Sequence record: SRR20825006_1764
Reading direction: 5' to 3' (one strand)
DNA length: 39,735 nucleotides
Shown: piece after piece, positions 1 through 8,242 of the stretch
Layout: each line of letters opens with the position of its first letter
How positions within the stretch are numbered: the first letter of the stretch is position 1
The notes under the pieces: model-generated
Told to the model about the DNA's origin: nothing
Databases searched by the model: none
Seen by the model: the letters and a program-made list of their open reading frames with translations, nothing else
Made by a program: the position numbers and the translations under genes

Positions 1-489
1 CGCGCGGCCAATGGCCAGCATTTGCTGTTCTCCGCCCGACAGATAGCCGGAAAGCGAATTGCTCCGCTCCGCTAGGCGGGGGAAATAATTGTATATCTTC
101 TCCTTTTCCCCATCCAGTTCTGATCGGGACATGCCCATCGGTGCGGCTGCTGTCAGGTTCTCGTCCGGGGTGAGGTGTTCAAAGACACGCCGGCCCTCGA
201 TGACATGGCAAATACCCATCTCCACGCGCTTTTGTGCGAGCATCTCGGTAATGTCGGTGCCTTCGAATTTGATTTCACCCCGGCTGACACGTCCTCTTTC
301 AGCTTTCAAAAGACCGCTGATCGCTTTCAAAGTGGTGCTTTTACCCGCTCCGTTGGAACCCAGAAGCGCGATCATCTCGCCCTTCGGCACCTGAATCGAG
401 ACACCCTTGATTGCCAGCATCACGTTGTCATACAGCACCTCGACACTGTTCATCGACAGTATGGGCTGGGCTTCGACCTTTTTATCCAT
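1..489 (-). CDS. livF: Branched-chain amino acid-type (Liv/HAAT) ABC transporter ATP-binding protein, LivF-like; runs off the left edge
   Basis: Not in the ORF track. Manual minus-strand translation gives MDKKVEAQPILSMNSVEVLYDNVMLAIKGVS..., Walker A GSNGAGKST and the signature YFPRLAERSNSLSGYLSGGEQQMLAIGRA at the edge. GAGGA RBS lies 6 nt before ATG 489. Confidence 0.9.
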   Translation of the reverse strand, partial: MDKKVEAQPILSMNSVEVLYDNVMLAIKGVSIQVPKGEMIALLGSNGAGKSTTLKAISGLLKAERGRVSRGEIKFEGTDITEMLAQKRVEMGICHVIEGRRVFEHLTPDENLTAAAPMGMSRSELDGEKEKIYNYFPRLAERSNSLSGYLSGGEQQMLAIGRA

Positions 490-501
490 CGTCATTCCTC
501 T

Positions 502-1575
502 TTACTTCCTGAGCTGATCGAAGGGCCAGACCATCAGATAGTCCCTGATATTGCCGTAGAGCTTTCCAAGCCCCAAAGGTTCGATCAGAAGAATTACGAC
601 AATCAGCGCGCCATAGACGGCGTTCGGGATATGGGCGAGCGTTTCGACGTTGATCTGCATTCCAAGCGACTGGCTCGCCGTCGAAAATAGCCCGTTCACC
701 ACACCCGGCACGAGCAGGATCAGGGCAACGCCGAAGTAGGACCCGATGATACTTCCCAGCCCGCCGACGATCACCATCGCCAGCACCTGGATTGAAACTG
801 TCACCGAAAACTGTTCCGGCGCGGCGAGGAAGAAGAATGTCGCAACCAGCAAGGCACCACTGACGCCCGCAATAAAGGACGACGTCGCGAAGGCGAGGAT
901 CTTGTAGTAGAAACTGTTCACCCCCAGGATCGCGGCGGCGAAGTCCTTTTCACGTACGGCGACCAACGCCCGCCCCAGTCCGGTACGTTTCAGATTCAGC
1001 ATAAAGATCGTCACCAGTACGCACCAGCCGAAGGCGACATAGTAATAGCCCGCGTCAGAGGTGATCTCCTGCCCGAGCAGTGCCAGTGTCGGAGATTGCA
1101 GCGATGCGTGGGAGCCCCCCGTAATCGCGGGTGAGTGAGTCAGCACCCAGTCCATGACGAACTGCATCGCCAGCGTCGTAAGCGCAAGATAGAGACCTTT
1201 GACCCGCAATGCAGCGAAGGCGAACAGGCTGCCGATCACCGACGATGACAACCCGCCGATGATGAGCGCGAATTCCCAAGGGATGCCGAACCGCACCGCA
1301 TGGATCGCGGAATACGCACCCACAGCCATAACCGCAGCATACCCCAGATGAAGCTGTCCGGCCCACCCCGTCACAAGGTTCAGCCCAAGCGCGGCGGCCG
1401 TCCAGATCAGCCATGGGAGCATGTAACTGTTCAGATAGAGCGACGGCACGATGAACGGTGCCGCAAGTCCGAACAGGAAGACGAACATGGCTAGGTTCCG
1501 GTCAGCAGGTATCTTGAATACACGGCTGTCCGAGACATAATTGGCATGATGGACACCGGAAAGTCGGAAAAACAT
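502..1575 (-). CDS. livM: Liv-type ABC transporter permease (LivM-like)
   Basis: Hydrophobic 357 aa with LNLVTGWAGQLHLG, GLYLALTTLA and MVIVGGLGS motifs typical of BPD_transp_2 LivM. Confidence 0.9.
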   Translation of the reverse strand: MFFRLSGVHHANYVSDSRVFKIPADRNLAMFVFLFGLAAPFIVPSLYLNSYMLPWLIWTAAALGLNLVTGWAGQLHLGYAAVMAVGAYSAIHAVRFGIPWEFALIIGGLSSSVIGSLFAFAALRVKGLYLALTTLAMQFVMDWVLTHSPAITGGSHASLQSPTLALLGQEITSDAGYYYVAFGWCVLVTIFMLNLKRTGLGRALVAVREKDFAAAILGVNSFYYKILAFATSSFIAGVSGALLVATFFFLAAPEQFSVTVSIQVLAMVIVGGLGSIIGSYFGVALILLVPGVVNGLFSTASQSLGMQINVETLAHIPNAVYGALIVVILLIEPLGLGKLYGNIRDYLMVWPFDQLRK

Positions 1576-1578
1576 CCC

Positions 1579-2466
1579 TTACACCCTTTCAATTTCGTGA
1601 CGACCGAACAGTCCATGCGGACGGATCATCACTGTAAGTATGAGCACGGCGGCGACGATGAGTTCCCGGCTTCCGCCTCCGACAAGCGGATCGAGGAAGT
1701 CGGCGCCCACATTTTCCAGGATACCGAGGATGATGCCGGCGATCACGGCACCCAGAATGCTGTCGAGGCCACCCAGAACAGCCACCGTCAGACCTTTGAG
1801 CAGCAACAACGACAGCGCCTGGTCCACGCCCTGAATCTCGCCCCAGATGACGCCTGCGGCCACGGCCACCACCGAAGCAAGGGCCCAGGAGAGTCCGACG
1901 CCGCGCTCGACTGAAATCCCGACCGACCACGACGCCATGTAATCATCCGCGATCGCCCGCAATTTGATGCCCGTGCGGCTGCGGAAAAACACCATGAAAC
2001 CGACAAAGAGTGCGATCGCGACCCCGGCGCCGACAAGGTGGATCCGACTGATGAAAAGATCGCCCAGAAACAGCGGTTCATAGCTGACCCCCAGTTCCAT
2101 CGACCGGGACGTCCCGCCCCAGATCGCAAGCGTTGTGCCCCGCAGGAAAATATCGAGACCCAGCGTCAGCATCAGGATCATAATGACCGGGCGACCGGCG
2201 AGCCGGCGCAGCGCGACACGCTCGATGCCGAATCCCAGGCCGAACATGATCACCGCAGCAAGTGGGATCGCGAGCCAGAGCGGCAGACCCGCATCATGTG
2301 AAAGAGCGAGAACCACATAAGCCCCGACCATTGTCAGCCCGCCCTGTGCCAGGTTGGGCACCGAGGACGCCTTGTAAATCAGCACGAGGCCGATGGCGAA
2401 AAGCGAATATAGCAGACCCGTCAAGGCGCCGTTTATCGCAAGCTCTGCTAGAAAGACCCAATCCAT
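1579..2466 (-). CDS. livH: Liv-type ABC transporter permease (LivH-like)
   Basis: INGALTGLLYSLFAIGLVLIYKAS..NLAQG and VAVLGGLDS motifs; lies between the synthetase and livM. Confidence 0.9.
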   Translation of the reverse strand: MDWVFLAELAINGALTGLLYSLFAIGLVLIYKASSVPNLAQGGLTMVGAYVVLALSHDAGLPLWLAIPLAAVIMFGLGFGIERVALRRLAGRPVIMILMLTLGLDIFLRGTTLAIWGGTSRSMELGVSYEPLFLGDLFISRIHLVGAGVAIALFVGFMVFFRSRTGIKLRAIADDYMASWSVGISVERGVGLSWALASVVAVAAGVIWGEIQGVDQALSLLLLKGLTVAVLGGLDSILGAVIAGIILGILENVGADFLDPLVGGGSRELIVAAVLILTVMIRPHGLFGRHEIERV

Positions 2467-4386
2467 TCATACCTCCCTGATGGGAAGGCTCTTTTCGACC
2501 TTCCCTACTTCTCCGGTCTCGTAAGTCACCTGGGCGCTTACATGGACCTCTTTTGAACCGTCGTAGAGTGCCGCGACAACGTCGGCATAGCGTTCCTGAA
2601 CGACCTTGCGGCGCAGTTTGCGCGTTCGCGTGATTTCGCCATCGTCCGGGTCGAATTCCTTCGGCAGGCTGACAAAGCGTTGCAGACGCAAAGGCTCGGT
2701 GAGAGCCTTGTTCACCCGCAGAAACGCCTCGTGCAGCAGCTTGGCCACCTCGTCGCGCTGCGACAGGTCGGCATAGGATACATACGGCACACCGTTCACC
2801 TCTGCCCAGTGTCCGACCGCCTCGAAATCTACGCAGACCATTGCCGTCAGTTCATCCAGTCCGGCACCAAGAACTGCCGCATCCTTGATGTAAGGGCTGA
2901 ACTTCAGCCGGTTCTCGATATAGTTCGGCACATAGCGTTCACCCCCGGCTGTGTGCATGACTTCCGACACACGGCCCAGAACCACGAGATGACCATCGTC
3001 CTCGATGTAGCCGGCGTCACCAGTATGCAGCCACCCGTCCTCGAGGGCTTCAGCAGTCGCTTCGGGTTTGTTGAAATAGCCTTCGAACACACTGTCTGAA
3101 CGCATCAGGATTTCCCCATCGTCCGCGATCTTCAGTTCAACGCCCGGCGCGGGTTTGCCAACGGTATGAAGGCGTACCTCTCCTGGCGCCTGTATCGCGT
3201 TGATCGCGCTGTTTTCGGTCTGGCCATAGAGCTGGCGAAGCTTGATCCCGAGGGCGCGATAGAAAACAAAAGTATCTTCCCCGATTGCCTCGCCGCCGGT
3301 GAACGCATTCTTCAGGCGGCTCATCCCGAACTGGTCCTTGATCGGACCAAAGACAAGCGCCTCGCCCAGGAACCGTCCCAAAGGCTCCAACGCGCCGCCA
3401 CTCTTGCCGTTCAGCTTGCGCGTCTCGGCGGCAACTGCACGGTCCATGAAGAAATGGTACAGCCATTTCTTGAACGGGGTCGAATTCTCCATGCCGACCT
3501 GGATCGTCGTCAACATCTGGTCCCAACTTCTTGGTGCCGCCAGATAAAAGGTAGGTGCGATTTCCCGCATATCGCGCACGACCGTTTCCTGACGCTCCGG
3601 CACGTTCACGGTAAATCGCCAAAGCAGCGCCGCCCCGACAGTAATGGCAAAGTCACCCACCCAGGCCATCGGCAGATAGGCGAGGATTTCCTCGTTCTCG
3701 TCGAAGGCGCCCGCAGCATGGCCATTCCTCGCCGCCGCGAGAACGTTCTTCTGGCTCAGCACGATACCTTTCGGTTTGCCGGTCGTTCCCGAAGAGTGCA
3801 TGAAAATCGCCGGGTCTTCGGGCTTCGCCCTGTTCAGAATGGCCTCGCGGCGGCCCGCATCCCCGTCAAGTTCGCGTTGACCGATCTCGATCAGGTGATC
3901 CCATGACATAAGACCGTCATCTTCATATGTTCCCAGCCCGCGCGTTTCGTCGTAAATGACATGGGCAATGCCGCTCGCACTTGCGCTGCGCAATTCAAGA
4001 ATTTTGTCGACCTGTTCCTGATCTTCTGCGATGGCCGCAACGATTTCGACTTCGCCGAGGAAATGCTGAAGTTCTTCGAGCGTAGCACCCGGATAGGCCG
4101 GCATCGCGTAAGCCCCGAGCAGCGAGATCGCAAGCATGCCCTGATATAGACGTGCACGGTTGTCACCAAGTATCAAAACGGCCTTGCCCGGCGCTACGCC
4201 GACCACTTCGAGACCGGCCGCGCAGGCCAGAACCTCGTCCACGTAGTCGGCCCAGGTGCTTTCTCTCCAGATGCCGCGCTCTTTCTCGCGGACCACGATA
4301 TCCGATCCATGGTTTGCCGCGTTCCGCGCCAGCAGCTTTCCAAATGTCTCGTTGGCGGAATTTTGCAATGTCGTCCCCTCAGCCAT
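2467..4386 (-). CDS. AMP-dependent long-chain acyl-CoA synthetase/ligase (FadD-like)
   Basis: SSGTTGKPKG P-loop, YGQTE and GWLHTGDAG motifs. Start moved to ATG 4386 (GGAGG RBS, overlaps the livG stop). Confidence 0.9.
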   Translation of the reverse strand: MAEGTTLQNSANETFGKLLARNAANHGSDIVVREKERGIWRESTWADYVDEVLACAAGLEVVGVAPGKAVLILGDNRARLYQGMLAISLLGAYAMPAYPGATLEELQHFLGEVEIVAAIAEDQEQVDKILELRSASASGIAHVIYDETRGLGTYEDDGLMSWDHLIEIGQRELDGDAGRREAILNRAKPEDPAIFMHSSGTTGKPKGIVLSQKNVLAAARNGHAAGAFDENEEILAYLPMAWVGDFAITVGAALLWRFTVNVPERQETVVRDMREIAPTFYLAAPRSWDQMLTTIQVGMENSTPFKKWLYHFFMDRAVAAETRKLNGKSGGALEPLGRFLGEALVFGPIKDQFGMSRLKNAFTGGEAIGEDTFVFYRALGIKLRQLYGQTENSAINAIQAPGEVRLHTVGKPAPGVELKIADDGEILMRSDSVFEGYFNKPEATAEALEDGWLHTGDAGYIEDDGHLVVLGRVSEVMHTAGGERYVPNYIENRLKFSPYIKDAAVLGAGLDELTAMVCVDFEAVGHWAEVNGVPYVSYADLSQRDEVAKLLHEAFLRVNKALTEPLRLQRFVSLPKEFDPDDGEITRTRKLRRKVVQERYADVVAALYDGSKEVHVSAQVTYETGEVGKVEKSLPIREV

Positions 4387-5185
4387 GCGACCCTCCAACA
4401 TATGCTTCAATGACCCTTGGGTCTTTTACGACTTCTCTCGGTATGCCGCTGGCGATCATTTCACCGTAGTTCAACGCGAGCATACGGTCGCAAATGCCGA
4501 TGATGACGTCCATATGGTGCTCGATCAGCAGAACGCTGACGCCCCGTTCGGCCCGCGCATCCAGAATGAAACGGGACATATACCCTTTTTCTTCCTGGTT
4601 CATGCCTGCCATCGGTTCGTCGAGAATCAGCATCTTCGGTTCCGCGACCAGTGCGCGCGCAAGCTCGACCCGCTTTTTAAGTCCGATGGGCAGACCATCG
4701 ACCAGTTCGTGCCGAATACTCTCCAGTTGAAGAAATTCGATCACCTCTTCGACGATCTTGCGGTTCTCGATTTCTTCCCGCTGTGCGGCCCACCAATAAA
4801 GCGCCGTGCGGATGACCCCCGGCTTCATGTGAATGTGCCGCCCGAGCAAAATGTTATCCAGAACGCTCATCCCGTTGAACAGGGCTAGGTTCTGGAATGT
4901 TCTGGCAACCCCGAGCGTTGCGACCTTGTGTGGCGCGGTGCCCGTGATGTCTTTACCTCCCAGCCGGACAGTCCCGACGTTGGGAGGGTAGAAACCCGTG
5001 ATCGCGTTGGTAAGTGTTGTCTTGCCGCTGCCATTCGGACCGACAAGTCCAAAGATCTCCTTGGGTTGAATGACAAGATCGACACCTGTGACGGCGACGA
5101 TACCGCCAAACCGCCGCTCGATCCCGCGACATTCCAGTATTGCCCCATCACCGGTACCGGCATCTGTTGTTCTTTGCGTCATCAT
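4379..5185 (-). CDS. livG: Liv-type ABC transporter ATP-binding protein (LivG-like)
   Basis: GPNGSGKTT Walker A, ARTFQNLALF, LILDEPMAG Walker B, IEHHM and C-terminal DPRVIEAYVG. Confidence 0.9.
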   Translation of the reverse strand: MMTQRTTDAGTGDGAILECRGIERRFGGIVAVTGVDLVIQPKEIFGLVGPNGSGKTTLTNAITGFYPPNVGTVRLGGKDITGTAPHKVATLGVARTFQNLALFNGMSVLDNILLGRHIHMKPGVIRTALYWWAAQREEIENRKIVEEVIEFLQLESIRHELVDGLPIGLKKRVELARALVAEPKMLILDEPMAGMNQEEKGYMSRFILDARAERGVSVLLIEHHMDVIIGICDRMLALNYGEMIASGIPREVVKDPRVIEAYVGGSHG

Positions 5186-5223
5186 CTGGATCCTGTTGTC
5201 CCTCGCTAGGTTCGGTCTTGGTA

Positions 5224-6078
5224 TCAGGAAATCCGGAAATAATCCGGTCTCCCTGTTGGCCAGGGATCACCCCACATTTGTTGCCCGCCGTCGATGTTAA
5301 GAACTTCTCCGGTCACGAATTTCCCGGAATTGGCCGCCAGATAGACTACGCCTTCTGCAACATCCCATTCATCCCCGGCGTGGCGCATCGGATTGGAATC
5401 CTGAAAAGTTGCCGCGCCTTCAGCGGGATAGTTTCCGAAACCGGTACTTTCGCAACAGCCGGGCGCCACGCAGTTCACGCGGATATCATGCGGCGCCCAT
5501 TCCACGGCGACTGATTTGGACAGGTATACCACACCTGCCCGGGCCGCACAGGTATGCGCGATGCCGGGCATCCCGCGCCAGATGTCGGCCACGATGTTCA
5601 CAATCGAACCCGGTTGCTTTTGCGCGACCCAATGCCGCGCCGTGGATTGCATCATCCACCAGGTGCCATTGAGATTGGTATCTATGACAGCGTTCCAGCC
5701 CTTCGGAGAAAAATCCAGAGCGGCTTGCGGAAACTGCCCTCCCGCGTTGTTGACCAGAACGTCGATCGACCCGAATTCCTGATTGACCGCAGCTACGAAA
5801 TCTTCGACCTGTTCGGGGTCACGGATCGTCATCGGCATGGCAAAGACCTTGGCACCCAGACTTTCGAGAAATTCCTTGGCCGACGCCAGTTTCTCCTCGT
5901 TACGTCCATTTATCGCAAGATTTGCTCCGAGCTTGGCAAACAGGGCCGCAATGGCTAAACCCAATCCACCGCCCGCACCGGTGACAACAACAGTCTTGGC
6001 TTCGAATAGATCGCGTGCAAACACGGTCGAGCGTGCTGACAGGTCTTCTCGCGAAGACCCAAACTGCGTCTCATTCAT
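5224..6078 (-). CDS. SDR family oxidoreductase (resembles trans-2-enoyl-/2,4-dienoyl-CoA reductase subfamily)
   Basis: TGAGGGLG Rossmann motif, NNAGGQF, and HTCAARAG in place of the YxxxK motif. GGAGG RBS before ATG 6078. Confidence 0.85.
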   Translation of the reverse strand: MNETQFGSSREDLSARSTVFARDLFEAKTVVVTGAGGGLGLAIAALFAKLGANLAINGRNEEKLASAKEFLESLGAKVFAMPMTIRDPEQVEDFVAAVNQEFGSIDVLVNNAGGQFPQAALDFSPKGWNAVIDTNLNGTWWMMQSTARHWVAQKQPGSIVNIVADIWRGMPGIAHTCAARAGVVYLSKSVAVEWAPHDIRVNCVAPGCCESTGFGNYPAEGAATFQDSNPMRHAGDEWDVAEGVVYLAANSGKFVTGEVLNIDGGQQMWGDPWPTGRPDYFRIS

Positions 6079-6116
6079 GACGCTTCCTCCCTTTTCCCCC
6101 ATTCGGGGTTATTCGG

Positions 6117-6136
6117 ATAATCTAACGCGTGTTAGA
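6117..6136. promoter_or_regulatory. Palindromic operator (TCTAAC-N4-GTTAGA) upstream of the SDR-ABC operon
   Basis: ATAATCTAACGCGTGTTAGA is the exact reverse complement of 8062-8081. It overlaps a plausible minus-strand TTGATT-N16-TAGATT promoter. Confidence 0.75.
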
Positions 6137-6183
6137 AAATAATCAAGCTAAGAATTTCACCTACTTCCGCCATTCGTTTTCTC

Positions 6184-6831
6184 CTAGTAAGTTATTAAAA
6201 ATTCAAACATTTTCCTCCCGTTGACAACGAATTCACTTGCGTCGTCACTGGTACGGTGCGGAACAAGAGGGTTTCTCTCGTCAGCCGTCTGACGTGGTAT
6301 ACCTTGGCGTATCCGAATCTCCTAACGGTGATCTGTGATGCCTTGGTCGCCTCTACGAGGTGTAGAACGGGATCAAACCGTCTTCTTGCCGGCAACCTGC
6401 GCCGTCGAAATCCGGACTTTCAACACATGCACGGCGTGTCGACCGCCCCTGCCACGCCGCGGCGGTCTTGAACTTGGACGTATTCGAAACAGGCTTTTTG
6501 TGCTCTCCGATCATCGGTTCCAAGGTGCGCGCAGGTTGCGCATCGGTGCCAAACTTCACAACAGGATTACCGAGACCCAGCTGAGACCGGCCCGCAATTC
6601 CGAGATTGCCTGCATTATAACGGTCGCCTCGGCAATGCCAGACCTGCGTCATCTACCTGTTCCTGCGTGCCGATCCCGAGGCACCCACCGTCATTCATTG
6701 CCCCCGTACAGATCATGAGAAAACCCACCGTTGCGATCGCGCTCTAATCAATAGTCGCCGTCGAACCGGGTACACCTTCATAGGATCTGGTCGCGTAATT
6801 CCCTCCGCTCATCCGTCAAAGGAAATGTCAC
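6184..6831 (-). pseudogene. Acyl-CoA dehydrogenase pseudogene (nonsense codons, frameshifts, internal deletion)
   Basis: GTG 6831 overlaps the CoA-transferase stop. Fragments read across frames: FPLTDERRELRDQIL*RCTRFDGDY*LERDRNGGF, GIAEATVIMQAIS, NPVVKFGTDAQ, KACF, NTSKFKTAA, KVRISTAQVAGK, GLIPFYT and FGYAKVYHVRRLTRE. These are collinear ACAD motifs. In-frame TGA at 6778-6780 and 6748-6750. Confidence 0.85.
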
Positions 6832-8042
6832 GGAGTGTTTCTCGTGCCGTCCAGTCCTATGATCCCCGCCTCGTAAAGGGCCGTGATCTGTTTGTCGTCA
6901 AACCCAAGCTCGCACAGAATGCTGCGCGTGTCGGCACCAGGCGCGCGTCCCAGCCACCGAAGCGCGCCCGGTGTGGCGCTGAGATGCGGGACCGGGCCGA
7001 TAACCTTGGTCGGCTCACCCTCGACCGATACGATGTCGCCGCGATGGCGGATTTGCGCGTTCGTTGTAATATCCTCGACGCTCAGCACACGCGAGGCGAC
7101 TGCATCATGACGCGCGAACTCCGTTTCAACTTCGGCAAGTGTGTGCTGCGTGACAAAATCATTGATGGCGTCGAAAACCACGGTCATATGCTGAGACATC
7201 TCGGCAAGGGTTGCGAACCGCGTATCATCGGCCAAGGCGTCACCGCCGACCGCGCGCAGCAGCCGTTGCGCGGTTTCCGCGCTTCCTGCGGAAACGGTCA
7301 GCCATACCCCATCGGATGTGCGGAACATACCCCCCGGCGCAAAGTCCATCGGCTGGCGCAGCCCGTTGCGTCGCGGCGAATGGTCCGCGCCCGTCAGGGC
7401 GGGAACGGGATAATCCATCAACCGAAGCAAGGCTTCGAACACTGCAAGATCGACGACCTGACCGCGTGCGGTTCCCTGTTCGCGGGCAAGCAGTGCGATC
7501 ATGATCCCCAATGCGCCCATCAGCCCTGTCGTGCTGTCAGCGGCCGGAAACCCGGGATGCATCGGCGGCCCGTCGGTGAAACCGGTCAGATGCGCCAGAC
7601 CGCTCATGGCCTCAGCCGCACGGCCAAAAGCAGGTACATCCCGCATCGGGCCGTCCTGTCCGTAGCCGGACACGCGCAGAATAACCAGATCCGGGTTCCA
7701 CCCATGCAGTATTTCCGGCCCGATGGCCGCACGCTCAAGCACGCCTGGTCGAAAATTCTCGACAAGGACATCGGCACCTTCAACCAGCTTGCGCAGGATG
7801 CCCCGGCCTTCGTCCGACTTCCAATCCAGACCCAGAGTCTGCTTGTTGCGGCCCAGTGTCTTCCACCAAACACCAACCCCGTCCTTGGCCTTGGGTCCGA
7901 GGTCACGCATCATGTCCGTTCGGTTCGGTGCTTCGACTTTGATGACATCCGCACCGAAATCAGAAAGCAAGGCGGCTGAAAGCGGGCCGGCGATGACATG
8001 GCCGAGTTCGATAATTCTGAGGTTGTGTAGGGGTCCAGCCAT
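6828..8042 (-). CDS. CaiB/BaiF family (class III) CoA-transferase
   Basis: GPLHNLRIIELGHVIAGP, DFGADVIKVE, ADVLVENFRPG and SGYGQDGP motifs. Confidence 0.93.
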   Translation of the reverse strand: MAGPLHNLRIIELGHVIAGPLSAALLSDFGADVIKVEAPNRTDMMRDLGPKAKDGVGVWWKTLGRNKQTLGLDWKSDEGRGILRKLVEGADVLVENFRPGVLERAAIGPEILHGWNPDLVILRVSGYGQDGPMRDVPAFGRAAEAMSGLAHLTGFTDGPPMHPGFPAADSTTGLMGALGIMIALLAREQGTARGQVVDLAVFEALLRLMDYPVPALTGADHSPRRNGLRQPMDFAPGGMFRTSDGVWLTVSAGSAETAQRLLRAVGGDALADDTRFATLAEMSQHMTVVFDAINDFVTQHTLAEVETEFARHDAVASRVLSVEDITTNAQIRHRGDIVSVEGEPTKVIGPVPHLSATPGALRWLGRAPGADTRSILCELGFDDKQITALYEAGIIGLDGTRNTP

Positions 8043-8050
8043 TTGCTCTC

Positions 8051-8088
8051 TTCGCTAATAATCTAACACGCGTTAGATTATTAGCGAA
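8051..8088. promoter_or_regulatory. Perfect 17-bp inverted repeat operator immediately upstream of the CoA-transferase
   Basis: TTCGCTAATAATCTAAC-acgc-GTTAGATTATTAGCGAA overlaps the -10 of a minus-strand TTGAGA-N17-TAATAA promoter. Its core is shared with 6117-6136. Confidence 0.8.
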
Positions 8089-8156
8089 AGGAATGTGAGT
8101 TCTCAAGGCATGAGATAAGGAAACTGGATTGGTGTATCCAGACACACGGCGTCAGA

Positions 8157-8193
8157 CAAAAAGGTGACGCGCGCCACAAAGCAGCGCGCGTCA
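8157..8193 (-). terminator. Probable intrinsic terminator of the iorAB operon
   Basis: Stem TGACGCGCGC/GCGCGCGTCA (8165-8193) followed on the minus strand by CCTTTTTG. Confidence 0.6.
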
Positions 8194-8210
8194 ATGGACC
8201 ATTCGTTCAG

Positions 8211-8242
8211 TCAGGCCAGTCCGTGATCAGGCCAGTCCATGA
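8211..8242. repeat. 16-bp tandem duplication of the iorB 3' end
   Basis: TCAGGCCAGTCCGTGA followed by TCAGGCCAGTCCATGA (15/16 identical), including the stop codon. Confidence 0.7.

Noticed and set aside
6825-7979. 384-aa plus-strand ORF
   Set aside because: Antisense shadow of the CoA-transferase with no motifs; typical of GC-rich codon bias.
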